DNA of 60,632 bases, filler included, from Sphacelaria rigidula (taxonomy: Eukaryota), in NCBI GenBank assembly GCA_964200075.2. It is 10 parts of 10 records of this genome, joined end to end, with 100 filler letters (N's around TTAATTAATTAA, not from the genome) between each part and the next. Parts side by side here need not be neighbours in the genome. Positions count along the whole stretch, not along the records: positions 36,444 to 42,416 come from CAXNAA020023094.1; positions 42,517 to 48,488 come from CAXNAA020023095.1; positions 48,589 to 54,560 come from CAXNAA020023096.1; 7 more parts are not named here. The stretch is one strand, 5' to 3'. Of this stretch, positions 37,104 through 49,987 are shown in pieces. A program made the position numbers and the translations under genes. The notes beneath the pieces were generated by a model. It ran no database searches and was not told where the DNA came from. It was given only the letters and a program-made list of their open reading frames with translations. Positions within the stretch are counted from its first letter, which is position 1. Each line of letters opens with the position of its first letter.

Positions 37104-38000
37104 ATGAGTTACACCGCCACCAGTTCCGACCGCATAGCGACCGTATTCAAACGAGTACCTACATTTTCGAACGATAAAAGCTCCTGCATTGCATGGAAAG
37201 ATCAGCTGCGAGTAGCTATCTCTATCGTTGACAAGCCGATATTCGCCGTTCTCAACGGCCAACCAAGGCCTACTGACGAACCAGCAGGGCGCGAATGGGA
37301 CCGAAAGAACACCGACCTGTTTTCGCTGTTGTTGCTTCCAACGATCGGGCCAGCAGCTGCGATCATCCGGCGGTTCTTGTACACAGAGGATGAAGATGTC
37401 GATGATCCACGGGTCGGCGATGGGCAAGGTGCGTGGAAGGCCCTGGTCGAGAAGTTCGACGGCAACACCAAAGCGGCTAGGCGGGCAGTTCACGCTCAGC
37501 TGGTTAGCCGCACGATGAAACCGGGCGAGGACCCCAAAACCTTCTTCCAAGACATGGACGAAAATCGTCCGCGTCTGGAGGGTCTCGGAGATAAAGTGCA
37601 CGACGATCGCTACGAGGACATTATCCTCAAGGCGATAACCCCCGAGTATGGCTTCGTACGCACGAAATGCTTCACCGAGCGCGACTTTGGCATCGACAGC
37701 ATTCGCACCGCGATGTGCAATGCGTACAATAATCAGAATTATGAGTCGTCAAGTGCATCAACCGTGGCCGGACCTGGAGCGGCCTGCAGGCGACGACATC
37801 TGGTATTCAGTGTCATCTTTGCAAGGGGTTTGGGCACTATCAACGTGAATGCCCGAACAACAAGCGAAGTCGGACACGACCGAGTAACCTGACACAGAGA
37901 CGTCGAAAAACAGACACGAATAAGGGAAGTAACGAAGCATCGAAATGGTGCTCGTAGCATAGAGCAACAACACACAGCGACGCTAAATGCAAGGCACAAC
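37104..38000 (+). pseudogene. Copia gag
   Basis: GDGQGAWKALVEKFDG..MKPGEDP..YEDIILKAITPEY. After a frameshift, GIQCHLCKGFGHYQRECP zinc knuckle and a WCS*H..TH..C motif. Confidence 0.85.
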
Positions 38001-38289
38001 ACAAGAAAGCAGCAACGAATGGAAGCGCCAACAACGCCAATGTAAGCATTCCCGGGTCGTTCATCCCGCCGCCTGCCGCGGCGACGACTGCAAACAGCAA
38101 TTCGTCCGGAACAGTCGGAAGATCCCAGCAACCTATGATGACGGGGTCGGCTTTTCCAGTGTTTTATTTCGGCACGCCCACCCCATCACAGGATGCTGGA
38201 CTCTCAGAAAACGCATTCGACCTCTTCAGTGCCTTCGGTGGGGTTACTGGATCAGTCTTCATGGCGGTGGCACCAACGGCTCAGACAGC

Positions 38290-40464
38290 TAACGACACCA
38301 ACTCCGTAACCTGGCTGGCGGACAGTGGCGCGACCGGTCACTACTTGGACACCAATCTCGAGCCGGGTGTTTTAGCTCGGGCGAGTGAGTACACGGCCCT
38401 CGAACGACCGTTCAAACTTTGTAACAGGGGGACACAATGAAGTCGAAGCAGTTGCAACTACCACCATTCATGGTACAGTCACCGACAGAGAAAAGAAGGC
38501 GCACTATGTTGCCCTCTCTTGCTTCGTCGTCCCCGGACTCGGGCGTCATCTGTTCTCCGTGAAAGTGGCGACCAAACAAGGCATCACCATCTTCGATCAA
38601 CATCATCCCCGACTGGAGACTTCATCGTTCGTGCTTCCCCTGGAACAATCGATCCATGACCAAGACCTCTACACGTTCCGCATGAAGCTGAGCGGCCACG
38701 CGGAGCAGCAACCTGGAGTGGCTATGCACGTCAGCACCGGCGCGAACCTCTGGCATCGTCGACTTGATCACGTCGGCATCAAGAGCCTGAATGTTCTTCG
38801 GAAGGTGGCAGGCTCTGGTATTAGCTTTGATGGAACGCTATCACCCTGTGACATATGCGCTCTAAGCAAAAGCAAACAACAACCACACCCGAGAAGTGCG
38901 GACAATAAAGTGAACACTCCCTTCCAGCTCGTCTTCGGTGACTTCATCGGGCCCATTATACCTGCTGCAATGGGCGGCTACAGCTACGTGTCTAAAATCC
39001 CCGATCAGCATACCAAGTATCGAGTGGTTTATCTAGCCAAAACTAAGAGTGGCGCCCTCAGCACGATCCAGACCTTTGTTAAGTCGGTGGTGATACCGAT
39101 GGGGCTACGAGTTCAACGTCTTCGTACAGATAAAGGCGGCGAGTACAAGGGACAAGCGTTCGAGGACTACCGCCTCATCACTGGTATTCGTCATGATTAC
39201 GCCTCTACGAATACTCCGCAGCAGGTTGGGGTTTCCGAGCGCGACGGCGGCATCCTCGCAGCTATGACACGTTGTCTGCTCAAGGACAGTAGACTGCCAC
39301 CGTTCTCATGGGGCGAATTGATGTTCACTGCAGCATATCTCCTCAACCGTGTACCTCATTCGGCGCTCGACATGGTAACACCATACAAGAAGTTATACGG
39401 CAATGACGCGAGCCTTTCTCATCTTCGTGTCATTGGCGCACGAGCCTTTGTACATGTCGAGATACGTACGAAGAAAATGGCGGACAAGGCTTGGGAGGGA
39501 TCATTGTGCGGCTAGAGCACTAACAGCACGTCCTACCGAATATACAACCCTGCCACCACGCGTGTAGTGGAAAGCCGGAACGTAGTCTTCATCGAGACCC
39601 CGCCACATGTCCTTCCATGGGATCATACTTCTTGCAACAAATATGGAACCGACGATGATTTTGCGAGGGACATTCGCGATCATGGCATCAGCCTTCTCAA
39701 CAACAACATGGCCGCGTCTGCTGGATCTTCGTCCGATACCCACGAACGTATGATCAAACTGTTCGGAGGTCTACGCGACGTGACGGACCGCGCCAACGAC
39801 CTTATCGGATCTTCATCGGGAGAAGTTCCCACTGGAGCCTCCCAAGGAGGGGGAGTCACTGAAGGTTCACCTTTATCCACAACACCGTCACCTACAGCGG
39901 GTTCTTCGCCTGTCAGCACGCGGGCTAGGCCACAAGCCCCGATAGGCGTCATCTCCGGCGCGGGCACGAGAAGCGCTCAAGCCCGCGAGCTAAAGCGCCT
40001 GGAGACTTTGGCCAATTTTTACGCCAGGACAAATATACGAGACATCGCTCACGAGGATGGAGTTTCCTTTCTGGAGTATGCGTACTCTACCACAAAAGCC
40101 CAAATTCGAAGTTGTTGGGAGGGGGAGAAAGTGGTCATAGTGCCGAACACCTTTCAAGAGGCAATGCGACTGCCAGAGGCGAAGCAGTGGAAGGCAGCAT
40201 CAGACAAAGATATAGAAAGCCTCCGTTCCAATAATGTCTTCACGCTTGAACCCTTCACGGCGATTCCTGCAGGGATGAAAACCATCGGATCCCGGTGGGT
40301 GTATAAGGTAAAATCCGACAGCACATACAAGGGAAGACTCGTTGTCCAAGGATAGGGACAAGTACCGGGCATCGACTGCGGCGGCGCCTTCGCTCCCGTC
40401 AGTAGGCTACAGAGCATCCGTTTGGTGCTTGCAGCGGCCGCGGAGATGGACTGGGAAATCTCGC
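38290..40464 (+). pseudogene. Copia protease-integrase-RT N-terminus
   Basis: ORFs 38135-38440, 38385-39515 and 39567-40355. Stops at LCG* and LVVQG*. RT motifs IGSRWVYKVK..YKGRLV. Confidence 0.92.
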
Positions 40465-41397
40465 TCCCGGTTAGTTTAATGTCAGCTCTGCTCCCGTTCC
40501 TGGTGTGCTCAGCCGGTTGCACTCCCTCATGCCATACTTCTCCAGGATCGATTTGGTGTAGTTCTCTTGGCTGATAGTAAGCGTCCCATTCTTGCGGTCT
40601 CGGGTGACTCCCAGTCCGAGTACAAGTGACACGTCTCCCATGTCCGTCATTTTGAAACGAACCATGACCTTTTTCTTGAGATCTACAGTACTGCCACCTC
40701 TCCCCAACAAGGAGCACATCGTCCACGTAGAGGGTGAGAAGCGCGACAACCTTCCTCTTTCCGAGAGCGGTGCTGACGGTATCGCCCCGGGAGTTACCGG
40801 CCCCGATGTCATGGTTGTCGTCGTTGTCAGTGAAGGCGTAGATGCAGGGTTCTGAAGCGAGAGAGGTGAAACCGATCTCCCCCAGAAATTTGTCCATGGT
40901 GTTCCACCGATTCAGTGGCGACTGGCGAAGGCCACATAACGACTTCCGGAGCTTCATCACGAGAGGAACTCTCGTCACGGGATCGTTCTCCTCATAGCCC
41001 GGGCCCATCTTGACGTAAACTGCCTCTTCAACGAGTGCGTTTAGAAATGCCGTCTGTGCGTCCAGCTGCGAGATTTCCCAGTCCATCTCCGCGGCCGCTG
41101 CAAGCACCAAACGGATGCTCTGTAGCCTACTGACGGGAGCGAAGGCGCCGCCGCAGTCGATGACCGGTACTTGTCCCTATCCTTGGACAACGAGTCTTCC
41201 CTTGTATGTGCTGTCGGATTTTACCTTATACACCCACCGGGATCCGATGGTTTTCATCCCTGCAGGAATCGCCGTGAAGGGTTCAAGCGTGAAGACATTA
41301 TTGGAACGGAGGCTTTCTATTTCTTTGATGCTGCCTTCCACTGCTTCGCCTCTGGCAGTCGCATTGCCTCTTGAAAGGTGTTCGGCACAAGGACCAC
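40465..41397 (-). pseudogene. Inverted Copia RT segment
   Basis: Minus strand reads PNTFQEAM..IGSRWVYK..QLDAQTAFLNA..VYVKM..LRKSLCGLRQSP..LYVDDVL..FKMTDMGDVSLVLG..ISQENY. Confidence 0.92.
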
Positions 41398-42011
41398 CAC
41401 GTGCGGTTGGATCACGACTGTGTTTTGAAAGAATGAGAACGTAAAAGGTGTTGAGTTGAAACTGCAAGTAAGTGCACATTGAATAGAATGTGCAGAAATG
41501 GAGGCATGCGTTTCCATAAGTAGGCCTAGGATATTCATCCGTCCGGATTTCTTCATCTCTCCTGAGTACTACTTCCATTGAGAGGGAGTCTCAAGAATTT
41601 CATGTTGCATAACATATGTGAGTCAATGTTCAGTAGCATCAAGCCAAGATACGGAGTCTTGTTCACTGAGTAACACGCGGGACATTATGCGGGACAATAC
41701 GAAACGATTGGAGTTGTTGTGCAGCCTTCGCGAGTGCTGTGGTGTGAAGGTTGTTCTGGACAAATATCATTGACTAGTAGTCGCAGGTCAGTCAAGAACT
41801 CGCCAGATGAATAGATTTGGCGGTTGGATACGTTTTCTAGATTTGGCGGAGCATGCGACAGTGAGAGTTCTCGAGAAAGATTCCTAATATGGGAACACCG
41901 ATTGATTGCTCGAAAAGGTAGCAAAGTAGCGTAGCGATCTTCGTTGTGACCGTCCCACATGGTCTCACTCTTCATCTCTTCTCTTCACTTCTTTTCTCGA
42001 GGTTCTTCCCG

Positions 42012-42199
42012 TGTGGGACGCTTTGTCTGTTTGTTTGGGATCTGCTATATGGACGAGAAATAATAATTATACATTCATGTTCAGACACCTGCGGTGTTCA
42101 CTCCTGAGACGAGGTCAGCATAAAGCTGCCTGCGCCGACCTCTGCAGTCACCTGCCAAGAGGAGTACATCGATCTCCACGACTACCATATTCCTCAACA
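42012..42199 (+). repeat. 3' LTR
   Basis: 188 bp, ~98% identical to the 5' LTR. No polypurine tract upstream on the + strand. Confidence 0.9.
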
Positions 42200-42416
42200 A
42201 TATGTTGTGTGTCGTCTTGATGACGCAGCATAGTCCACCATTCAGGAAGGTAAGGTATTCCAACTTGATTTTAGTTTGTGTTGGAATAATTCGTGGTCGT
42301 GGCACTGTCCTTACGACAGACCAACTACTGTTCAGCGAACAGTAGTGTACAGAGGCTGCACCCTGATCGTGAGATCAGTTGCTTCCGCAGCGTAGAATGA
42401 AAGAAGTGAGACGAAT

Positions 42417-42516
42417 NNNNNNNNNNNNNNNNNNNNNNNNNNNNNNNNNNNNNNNNNNNNTTAATTAATTAANNNNNNNNNNNNNNNNNNNNNNNNNNNN
42501 NNNNNNNNNNNNNNNN
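42417..42516. other. Artificial contig linker
   Basis: Same spacer. Confidence 0.99.
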
Positions 42517-42581
42517 CTAACCATAGAGATGTTCAAATTCCGATGCGGTCCTCTAAGCACGCGGTCCTCTCACGCATTACA
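42517..42581 (-). mobile_element. Telomere-repeat MITE, left arm; contig starts inside the (CCCTAA) tract
   Basis: ctaaccatagag.tgttcaaattccgatgcggtcctctaagcacgcggtcctctcacgcattaca. Confidence 0.88.
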
Positions 42582-43940
42582 GTACTGCTGCCGGGGGTAA
42601 CGGAGGTCAAGTTTTCACGGAAATGTTTCGACCGATCGGATTATTGGGTCGCTTCAGTAAGTGTGCCGGCTCTTTTTGCATAAGACCGGCTTCGATCGTC
42701 GGTGCGTGGGAAGTCCTGGGTTGTGCCAAAGTATGCGAACCTCCACAAGCAACCAAACGACACAACTGCCCGTGCAAGAGAGTAGCATGACCTTCAGAAC
42801 AAATTAGGTCAATTTCGGGGCTGGCCCAGCTCGCTCATGTATATTTTTATGAAAATGAACAGATACCGTCCGATCCCCGTCTGAGGCTACCTCTCATGGA
42901 AGCCACTTGGAATCAGAATCATTCTCGAATTTTAACGGCTGGTCGAAAACCCATTCTTATGGACTGGAACGAAGGTGATCCTCACAGATCTCACCATTTT
43001 AAACAGGCCCTAGTTTGAGCAGGGCGTTCAAAACCGACACCCGATTTTGAACAACGCTCGGCCAAAGCTTTGGTACCAGTTTGAAAGAACGCGACGCACG
43101 AAAACTTTGGACGCGTCCTGTTTGATGACATTGCAGTGAAGGCGCACTCACTAGTGTTACGCCCGATTTCGTGTAAAGCTATTTACTGTCACCCCAGAAA
43201 GACGACGCGATCGAGTCTGAGAAGTGAACAGAGCCCGAAATCACAATGGTGGCGGTACACAGCTGTAGTGTACCTGAAGCTATGATCTCAGCGAAGTCCC
43301 GCTTGATTCCACTCGGTACAGCGCACAAACCGGCGATGGATACCTCTCTCGAAGTAGCTGAGAAAGACGTGGAAATATGTACCGATCACAACGTCATTTT
43401 CCCACGTGCTCGTCCAACACACGATCGCAACTTGCTGGCACTGCACGAGTGTCAGCAAGCCGAGAAGCTACAGACAGGTACAACTAGCCACAACACACAG
43501 ACCAGGACCAAGATTGCACCCGTCGACAAACGGGGAATGTCTGCAGCAGGCGACCTTCATTCAACCTCGATACTTGTGTTTGCGATCAGGGTTTGCCCCA
43601 CCAGAATCTAGGGGACTGGTAGGCATGCGTCTTAGCTGCACAGAGTAACTTGTGTTGTCTTTGCAGCTGCTGTGTGTATCAACATACCGCCATCTGGGTG
43701 GGAATTGTTGGACCATGTACGATGCGGTGTGGAAGCGCATCAGATCACAGGTGGTATCCAAAATGAGCAGGTGATACTTGCGCCGCGTTTGGAAAATGTT
43801 TATTCTTGGTTATGACTTCTCCTGCAGTCATACAAGCATCTACGATCCTGGTCGATGGGAAATATGTTCGATACATGCGCATCTCGTTGTCGCTGAGGTG
43901 GCAAATGAAGCGTACTCAGGTGATCACCGCGCAAGGTATA

Positions 43941-43950
43941 ACACACACAC

Positions 43951-44012
<62 letters not shown>
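43941..44012. repeat. (AC)n microsatellite
   Basis: Directly visible. Confidence 0.95.
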
Positions 44013-44014
<2 letters not shown>

Positions 44015-46039
44015 CAGTCGACTTTTTGTATCGTCAATGATAGCGTAACCTCTCGGCATCGAAAGGGTGATATGGAGGATAAAACACCAATCAACGTGTT
44101 ATTCGGAGGACAGGCGGACACATCGGCGGTCCGGTTCGGTGCAGATGAATCGGTATGACGTATGTCGAAAATAGAGAACACCGAAAAAAATACTATCCAA
44201 CGTCTTTCCCCAACGCTCAGGAAATTGGTGATACCAACGATTCCCGGTTGTTAGAACGCAATCGATACCACACAACGAACGAAGTCGAGGCGCGTGCGCT
44301 GGTAGTGCTGGACAGTGTCGAAACAGTTGAGTATTATGATTGTGCGTCTGTGTCGATAAACTCGCTCGTTTGAGATGGCCGTTTAGCTTCACGCACAACC
44401 GGCGAGTCACCCAGGGCATCGCCAGACCATCCCCCATGCACTTGTGCACCCGAGCTCGCGCCGCAACATGCCCGAATCAACATCATCATGCATATGAGGC
44501 ACGGTTGATGACTAGTTCCTGGGAACACAAACATTAAAAAGTACAGATCTGAGTTTTCAATCTATCTACAGGGAACTTGTCTTCAAACTTCCCTGCGGGC
44601 TCAATCAAAATCACCTTCACCGTCGTTGCCCGCTTCCAATGCCAACCCGATTTATCCGTCCCTCTACAGTCGTAATCTAGACCCCCAATCCAGGTCCCCG
44701 CTGAAGACTTCGATCCACAGCCGGTGGGCCCACCTGGTACACGGTCGAAACGATTACGACTGATCGGATCTGCTCCCTGATCCGATACTCCATACATCAC
44801 ACTCCCGCCGTCGCACCAGCACGATTCCCCACCACGAGTAATACGAGTAGCCGCCCCCGACACGTCGCTCGATTCTTTCCAGTAGGTATTTTGATTAAAC
44901 GCCGCTGACCCGCCCCTTCCATCGTTTGCCGTGGATCCGCCCCTCCCATAAGCGATATCGGCCGCTTGCACCACTTTTCCCCGCGTCGGCATCACCAGTG
45001 TGAGTCACGCTGGTCGCTCGCGATGGGTGCGGGCGCAAAAAACAGTTGCCCTGGCAACCGCAGCTCAGCGTGCAGTTTCCAAGGCACATGCACTCTTGGA
45101 ATCCGTGACTTCTTTGCGTCAACTTTGCCGGTTTTCATGAACATCTGAAAGTTCACAGCTTACCGAATGTATCGACGTACTGGACAAGTACTCAACAATT
45201 TTGCCCCGTCTGACCTCCACTATCCCTCTGCTTGTCGAATGTCGTCTAATCTTGTATTTGGACATTTTTTTCTGGTTTGTCACCCCGCCCGTGCCTGTTG
45301 AAGTCCACTGTCGCTATCCTCTCCCAAACCCTCCTTCCTCTACCCATTCATATACGTTCGATATTGCGTCAGACTTACCCACGCTCTGCCTGTAGGCATT
45401 CAAACCCGGGCAGCAGAGCGGAGGCTTTCTCCCATGTACTGTGGTGAGGCACACGCGGATCTTGTCCGCGTAGGACTCAATGGCCTGCTGGGACGTGGTG
45501 ATCAGAACTCCCGTACTATGGTTTTTGATTCTGTGATAGAATAACGCAAACCCCATTGAGAGGACTCCGATATGCGCCGTACTGAATGAAACGACAGCGG
45601 CGATGCAAGGGATTTTCACGTGTTTGCTTCACCCATTTTCATGCGTAGAACGCTACGCACGCTGCCACAAACACATAAAAGAAGCCCCAGATGCAGAACA
45701 GAGATATACCAGCACAGCGACCCTTGCACCGCAGTCTCGTCGAACCACTTGCAGTACTCCAACCCACACCGCAAGTTGAGGTTTCCCCGGGCTTATCACA
45801 ACGCGGTGCGATGACCCCGAAACCTGGGCGATAATCGAAATAAATCGTTTGGCTCTGGTTTTTTACGCACCCCCGTGTCGTAACCCCGATATGTGTGGAG
45901 GTCCTGATATGTGCCAGGACCAGCATTCTAACGGCAGTTCGTGATATATCTAGACATGCGGCGCGCACAACACTTCGTACGACACGCAATATATCATGTA
46001 TAGAGGCACTCAATCCGTCTTTCACGTTCTAGTGTTGAC

Positions 46040-46349
46040 TGTTGTGCGGTGAAATCTGGCACGAAGTATCCCAGGGGCAACCTGAAGAGAGCGCAAGCTG
46101 TACCCTATTCCGTGGCCCGTGGCGAAGGATAGATAGTTCTATCTTTTGTATTATTGGAGAGTGCCTAGACTGACTTTACTCTATGACTGAGGGATCAGAT
46201 GCTGAGAGAGAGTGAGCGCTCATGGCAGCTCGGTAGCTACCATGAGCGGGATACTGTAGTCACACACACTCGACTACCAGTACCCGCACGTCCGCATAAT
46301 TATATCCGCACGTGTGCATGTTCACTCAGTGTACCTGTTCACATGAACA
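46040..46349 (-). repeat. Candidate 3' LTR of the minus-strand Copia
   Basis: On the minus strand a purine tract AGAGGGGG directly precedes TGTTCATG (46349). Possible end ...CACAACA at 46040. No second LTR in the contig to confirm. Confidence 0.4.
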
Positions 46350-46659
46350 CCCCCTCTGAACCGGTGCATCAGTCGTCGTGGCTTTTCCTCTCAAAAAAAT
46401 AAATAAATAAAGGGGGAAACACGGCCATCCGGGCAAAACCCCCCTCCCCTCAACAGCTTGTGCTCCATCTAGACATTCCATGGGCGCCGGTCAAGGCAGA
46501 TACACGACATGTCGGCAAACGCCCTACAAAACCCATGCCCCTCAAAGTAGCGTGGGTGGCTTAACCCAAAATACGCATAAATGCATCACTCGAACATCTA
46601 AAAAAAAACCGGCACGAGCACAATGGTACACACAAAAAATCGTATCTACTTGTCACCTT

Positions 46660-48488
46660 TCAAGTTCATAAAAAAAAACGTCTGTGCCTCGTAAACAGGC
46701 TGATCGAAAGAGGCTTCGTCAAAAATCTGCATGCTGCCATCCTGAGCCTACATGTACAACCCTGATCTTTCCCGTCCCCACCAGCTCTCGAATGAAGTGA
46801 TATCTCACGTCTATGTGCTTACTCCTTTCGGAGCTGAGAGGATTCTCGGCCAGAGCGTTTGCTCCCTCGTTATTCTCGTACAAAACAATACCTTGGTTTT
46901 CCCTGTTTCCCGAAACAATCTGCGGTCGCAGGAACGTTAACACTGCCTTCACAAACAATCCCTCCTTTGCCTCCTCGGCCATCGCAACATACTCTGCTTC
47001 GGTAGTCGACAGAGTTACGCAGTGTTGCGTGCGGCTCGTTGTCGACACAACCACACCACCGGACATCACGGCTACCCCTGATACCGGGCGTCTATCCGTT
47101 TCCTTCTTCGCGTAATCTGCATCGCAGGAAATTAAAAGCCTATCGTGACCTTTCTCGAACGTAAGTCCAAAACCCTTTGTCTCATTGAGGTTTTCACAAC
47201 AGCTTCCCGGTGCCTCTCGCATGGGTCATGCGACTGCCGAGCAAGCGCTCGTACTGAATTCGCGATGTCGGGTCTAGTGACTGTTGCCAGCCACATCAAC
47301 CCCCCCCCTGTGTTACGGTATGGGCGATTCACCTTCTTGTCTTCGCCCGGTGTTGGCCCCAAACTTACAGAAACAGAGGCAGGGATTTCCGAGTACCCCC
47401 TCACCTCAAAACGCTTCAGGAGCGTGTCTGTGAACTGGTTTGCGTCACAAACAGCGTGCCTCTATCCCAGTCTCTATTCACCGCGCACCACATGTACCAG
47501 GTTACTTCTCCTAGATTGTTCGTAGGGAACTTTTTGTCGAGAATTTGACCCACGTTTCCTACATATTCCTCAGTACCACTGATGAGGATGTCGTCCACAT
47601 GGACAACTCAAATCACACGTACTTCTCCTGCATCCTCCATCTCAATAACACATGGATCAGCTTCGCACTGCACCATCCCGACATCCTCCAGTAAAGTTTT
47701 ACACAGAAGACGAGACCACTGCCTGCCCGCCTGCTTGATCCCGTAAATAGATTTTCAAGTTTTACGGTCACGTCTGTCAGAACGGAGCATCCTTCAGGTA
47801 ATCTCATGTACACATCAGTATCCATTTCGGCTTGAACAAAAGCCTGTGTCACATCAAAATGGTATAGCGGCCACTCTTCCTGAACTGCCACTGCCATGAC
47901 CAGTTTGATGGAGGCCATGGAGGGCGTTGCCGCGAAAGTCTCGAAATAGTCGACTGCAAAACGTTGCTCAAATCCTCGCGCTACCAACCTTGCCTTTGCC
48001 TTCGTTACAGTACCATCTGCGTCAGTCTTCCAACTAAAAAACCACTTTGCTGAAATCACGTTTGCTGCTTTCGGTACAGGGCCAGTCGAAAATGTTCCAG
48101 TCTTTTCGTGACCTCCTAGCTCGGCCTGCATCGCGCCTAACCATGCCTCTCGAAATTCTGACTTTGCAATGCCATCCATACTGGTTGGTGCTGCCTCTAT
48201 TTCGCTTACGTGTAGGCCAACTGGTGAACGCAAACCGAATTCAGGTCGCCCTACCCTGTTTTCCTCAGCGACAAAACAAAAAAAACTCGTTTTCAGCTAA
48301 CTCGTGCTGAGTCGAAACGATTGCATCTTGCCCAGCCACCTGTCCTGCTGCCCCGGTGATCAGCTCCATGGTTGAGCATTTGTCCTCCGCCATTCCCGCT
48401 AGCGCCATCTCCGCTTCCTTCTTGCTTTCCTCCGCTCCGCCAGCCACCAGCGTTTCGTCTCGTGCGTGCACCGACTCCATTGCCTCGC
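46660..48488 (-). mobile_element. Ty1/Copia RT-RNase H, degenerate, 5' part beyond contig end
   Basis: WLGAMQAEL..ISAKW..KAKARLVARGF..DYFETFA..FDVTQAFVQA..HVDD..TRPDIAN..DADYA..LSTTEAEYVA..SKHIDVRYHFIRE..QHADF/TKPL. Confidence 0.95.
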
Positions 48489-48588
48489 NNNNNNNNNNNN
48501 NNNNNNNNNNNNNNNNNNNNNNNNNNNNNNNNTTAATTAATTAANNNNNNNNNNNNNNNNNNNNNNNNNNNNNNNNNNNNNNNNNNNN
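48489..48588. other. Artificial contig linker
   Basis: Same spacer. Confidence 0.99.
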
Positions 48589-48660
48589 AAAAATGGACAC
48601 AATCCCGGGGAGCGGTTGATTCTCATTTCAAAATACGTTCTCATTTTTCTGGCAACCCTG
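48589..48660 (-). mobile_element. hAT-like TIR end (CAGGGTTGCCAG family) at contig start
   Basis: Near-identical reverse complement of 18000-18069. Confidence 0.7.
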
Positions 48661-48902
48661 TTAGGTATTGAAACCTCGAAGTACCATGGTACCGTAGGTA
48701 TCGTAGGTGTGAGTTTTGGAAAAATATGATCGAGTGGGTACGGTAGGTATTGACATCTCGAAATACCGTGGTATCGTGGATATCGTAGGTATGACATTTG
48801 AAAATACCCGATAGGACCGGTATCGGTAGGGTATGAGATATCTATGTCCCAAATACCGGTATCGGGTACCTACCTTACCTACGGTGCCTGTCGAACCTTA
48901 CT
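48661..48902. repeat. MITE-like fragment with ~80-bp tandem 'taggtattga...ctcgaa.tacc.tggta.cgt' units
   Basis: Two clear units (48662 and 48744) plus degenerate ggtatcg repeats, ending gaaccttact. Confidence 0.6.
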
Positions 48903-49987
48903 AGTACTATGTGGTGTCGCTGATTTTTGCGACGTATTCCCACCCCCTTTACTCTTCCCTTGGGGGGTGGAACCTTTGTTGCCTGTGTAGAGGGCATGGT
49001 GGTGATCTGTACTGCGCGAACCACCTGTTTTCTTGAGCGACAGGTATTTATATTTGACAACGACTCGTGTCTTATCCGATTGAAGAGTCGGCAAAAACGA
49101 AATTGATCTCGTATAGTGGTGTACTCTTAGGGAAGGGAATTAAGAAACTTGTCCAAACCAATCTCTCGAACAATCTCCAATCCCAGCGACCTAGCAAGCG
49201 ACTGCAGCGACTTTCATCGAATCCAGAGCTCATCAGTGTCTTGACCCTTGCTGATGTCGTCCGAACTCACACCCAACCCTAGAAGCTGCTGCAGGATCTC
49301 TAAACAATCCCAGGCCGAATCCGTGCATGGAAGCATACCGCTGACTTCTCGCTTAAAACTCACCGACGCATGACCCTTATTGGTTTCGAAGGGACGAATT
49401 TGTCGAGCCTCCAATGTTCTAGAATTGACACTGGATAGTATCGACGTACGTAGGGTGTTACTTTGTCTTTTTACATCAGCACCCGGAAGGAACAGTCGGT
49501 GCTGCTTGAATCGGTGTGTGTGCTCAAAGTATATCGACACGCTAGCGTTTAGTGCTTACAATAGAATTGGGCTTGTAGATAGGCTTTTACCATGAGAGGT
49601 ACAGAAGGCGAGCAGCAAGGAAGTAGAAATGTAGTGGCGGAGCGGGACGTTGCCGCGCAAGAGGTGTTCGTCTCGCCGGAAGATTACCATAGTTTCGAGG
49701 AATTGCAAGCTAGTAAGGCTAGAGAGCCTTCCGCAACGGTGGAAACAAAAGGCCCGCCACGGCAGGAAGCTGTTCCGATGGCCTTCGGAGCAAGGGAGAC
49801 ATCATTCAGCAGCTGGATCAGTGCTCGATCCGGAGGAGCTGCAGGTACTCACGTCAATAACACGGCATTGGGTAGGATGTCCAGTCTACGATGCGTACGC
49901 AAACCGTCATGAGCGACGTTGCCTCGTTGCTGACTAGTCGATTTGTGTTCGTCGAATTCCTTTCCTTTTAACCACTGTTATGAGTAG

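Larger units (their letters stand above)
36445..42199 (+). mobile_element. Ty1/Copia LTR retrotransposon, both LTRs present, internally rearranged and non-functional
   Basis: 188-bp TG...CA LTRs at both ends, PBS, gag with CCHC knuckle, PR WLADSGATGH, INT (LWHRRLDH..CDIC, RTDKGGEY, VSER), RT start. Copia domain order. Confidence 0.95.

Noticed and set aside
49205..49245. Hammerhead ribozyme (CTGATGA...GAAA on the minus strand)
   Set aside because: No valid stem II and no flanking stems. Other CTGANGA hits that I checked also fail.
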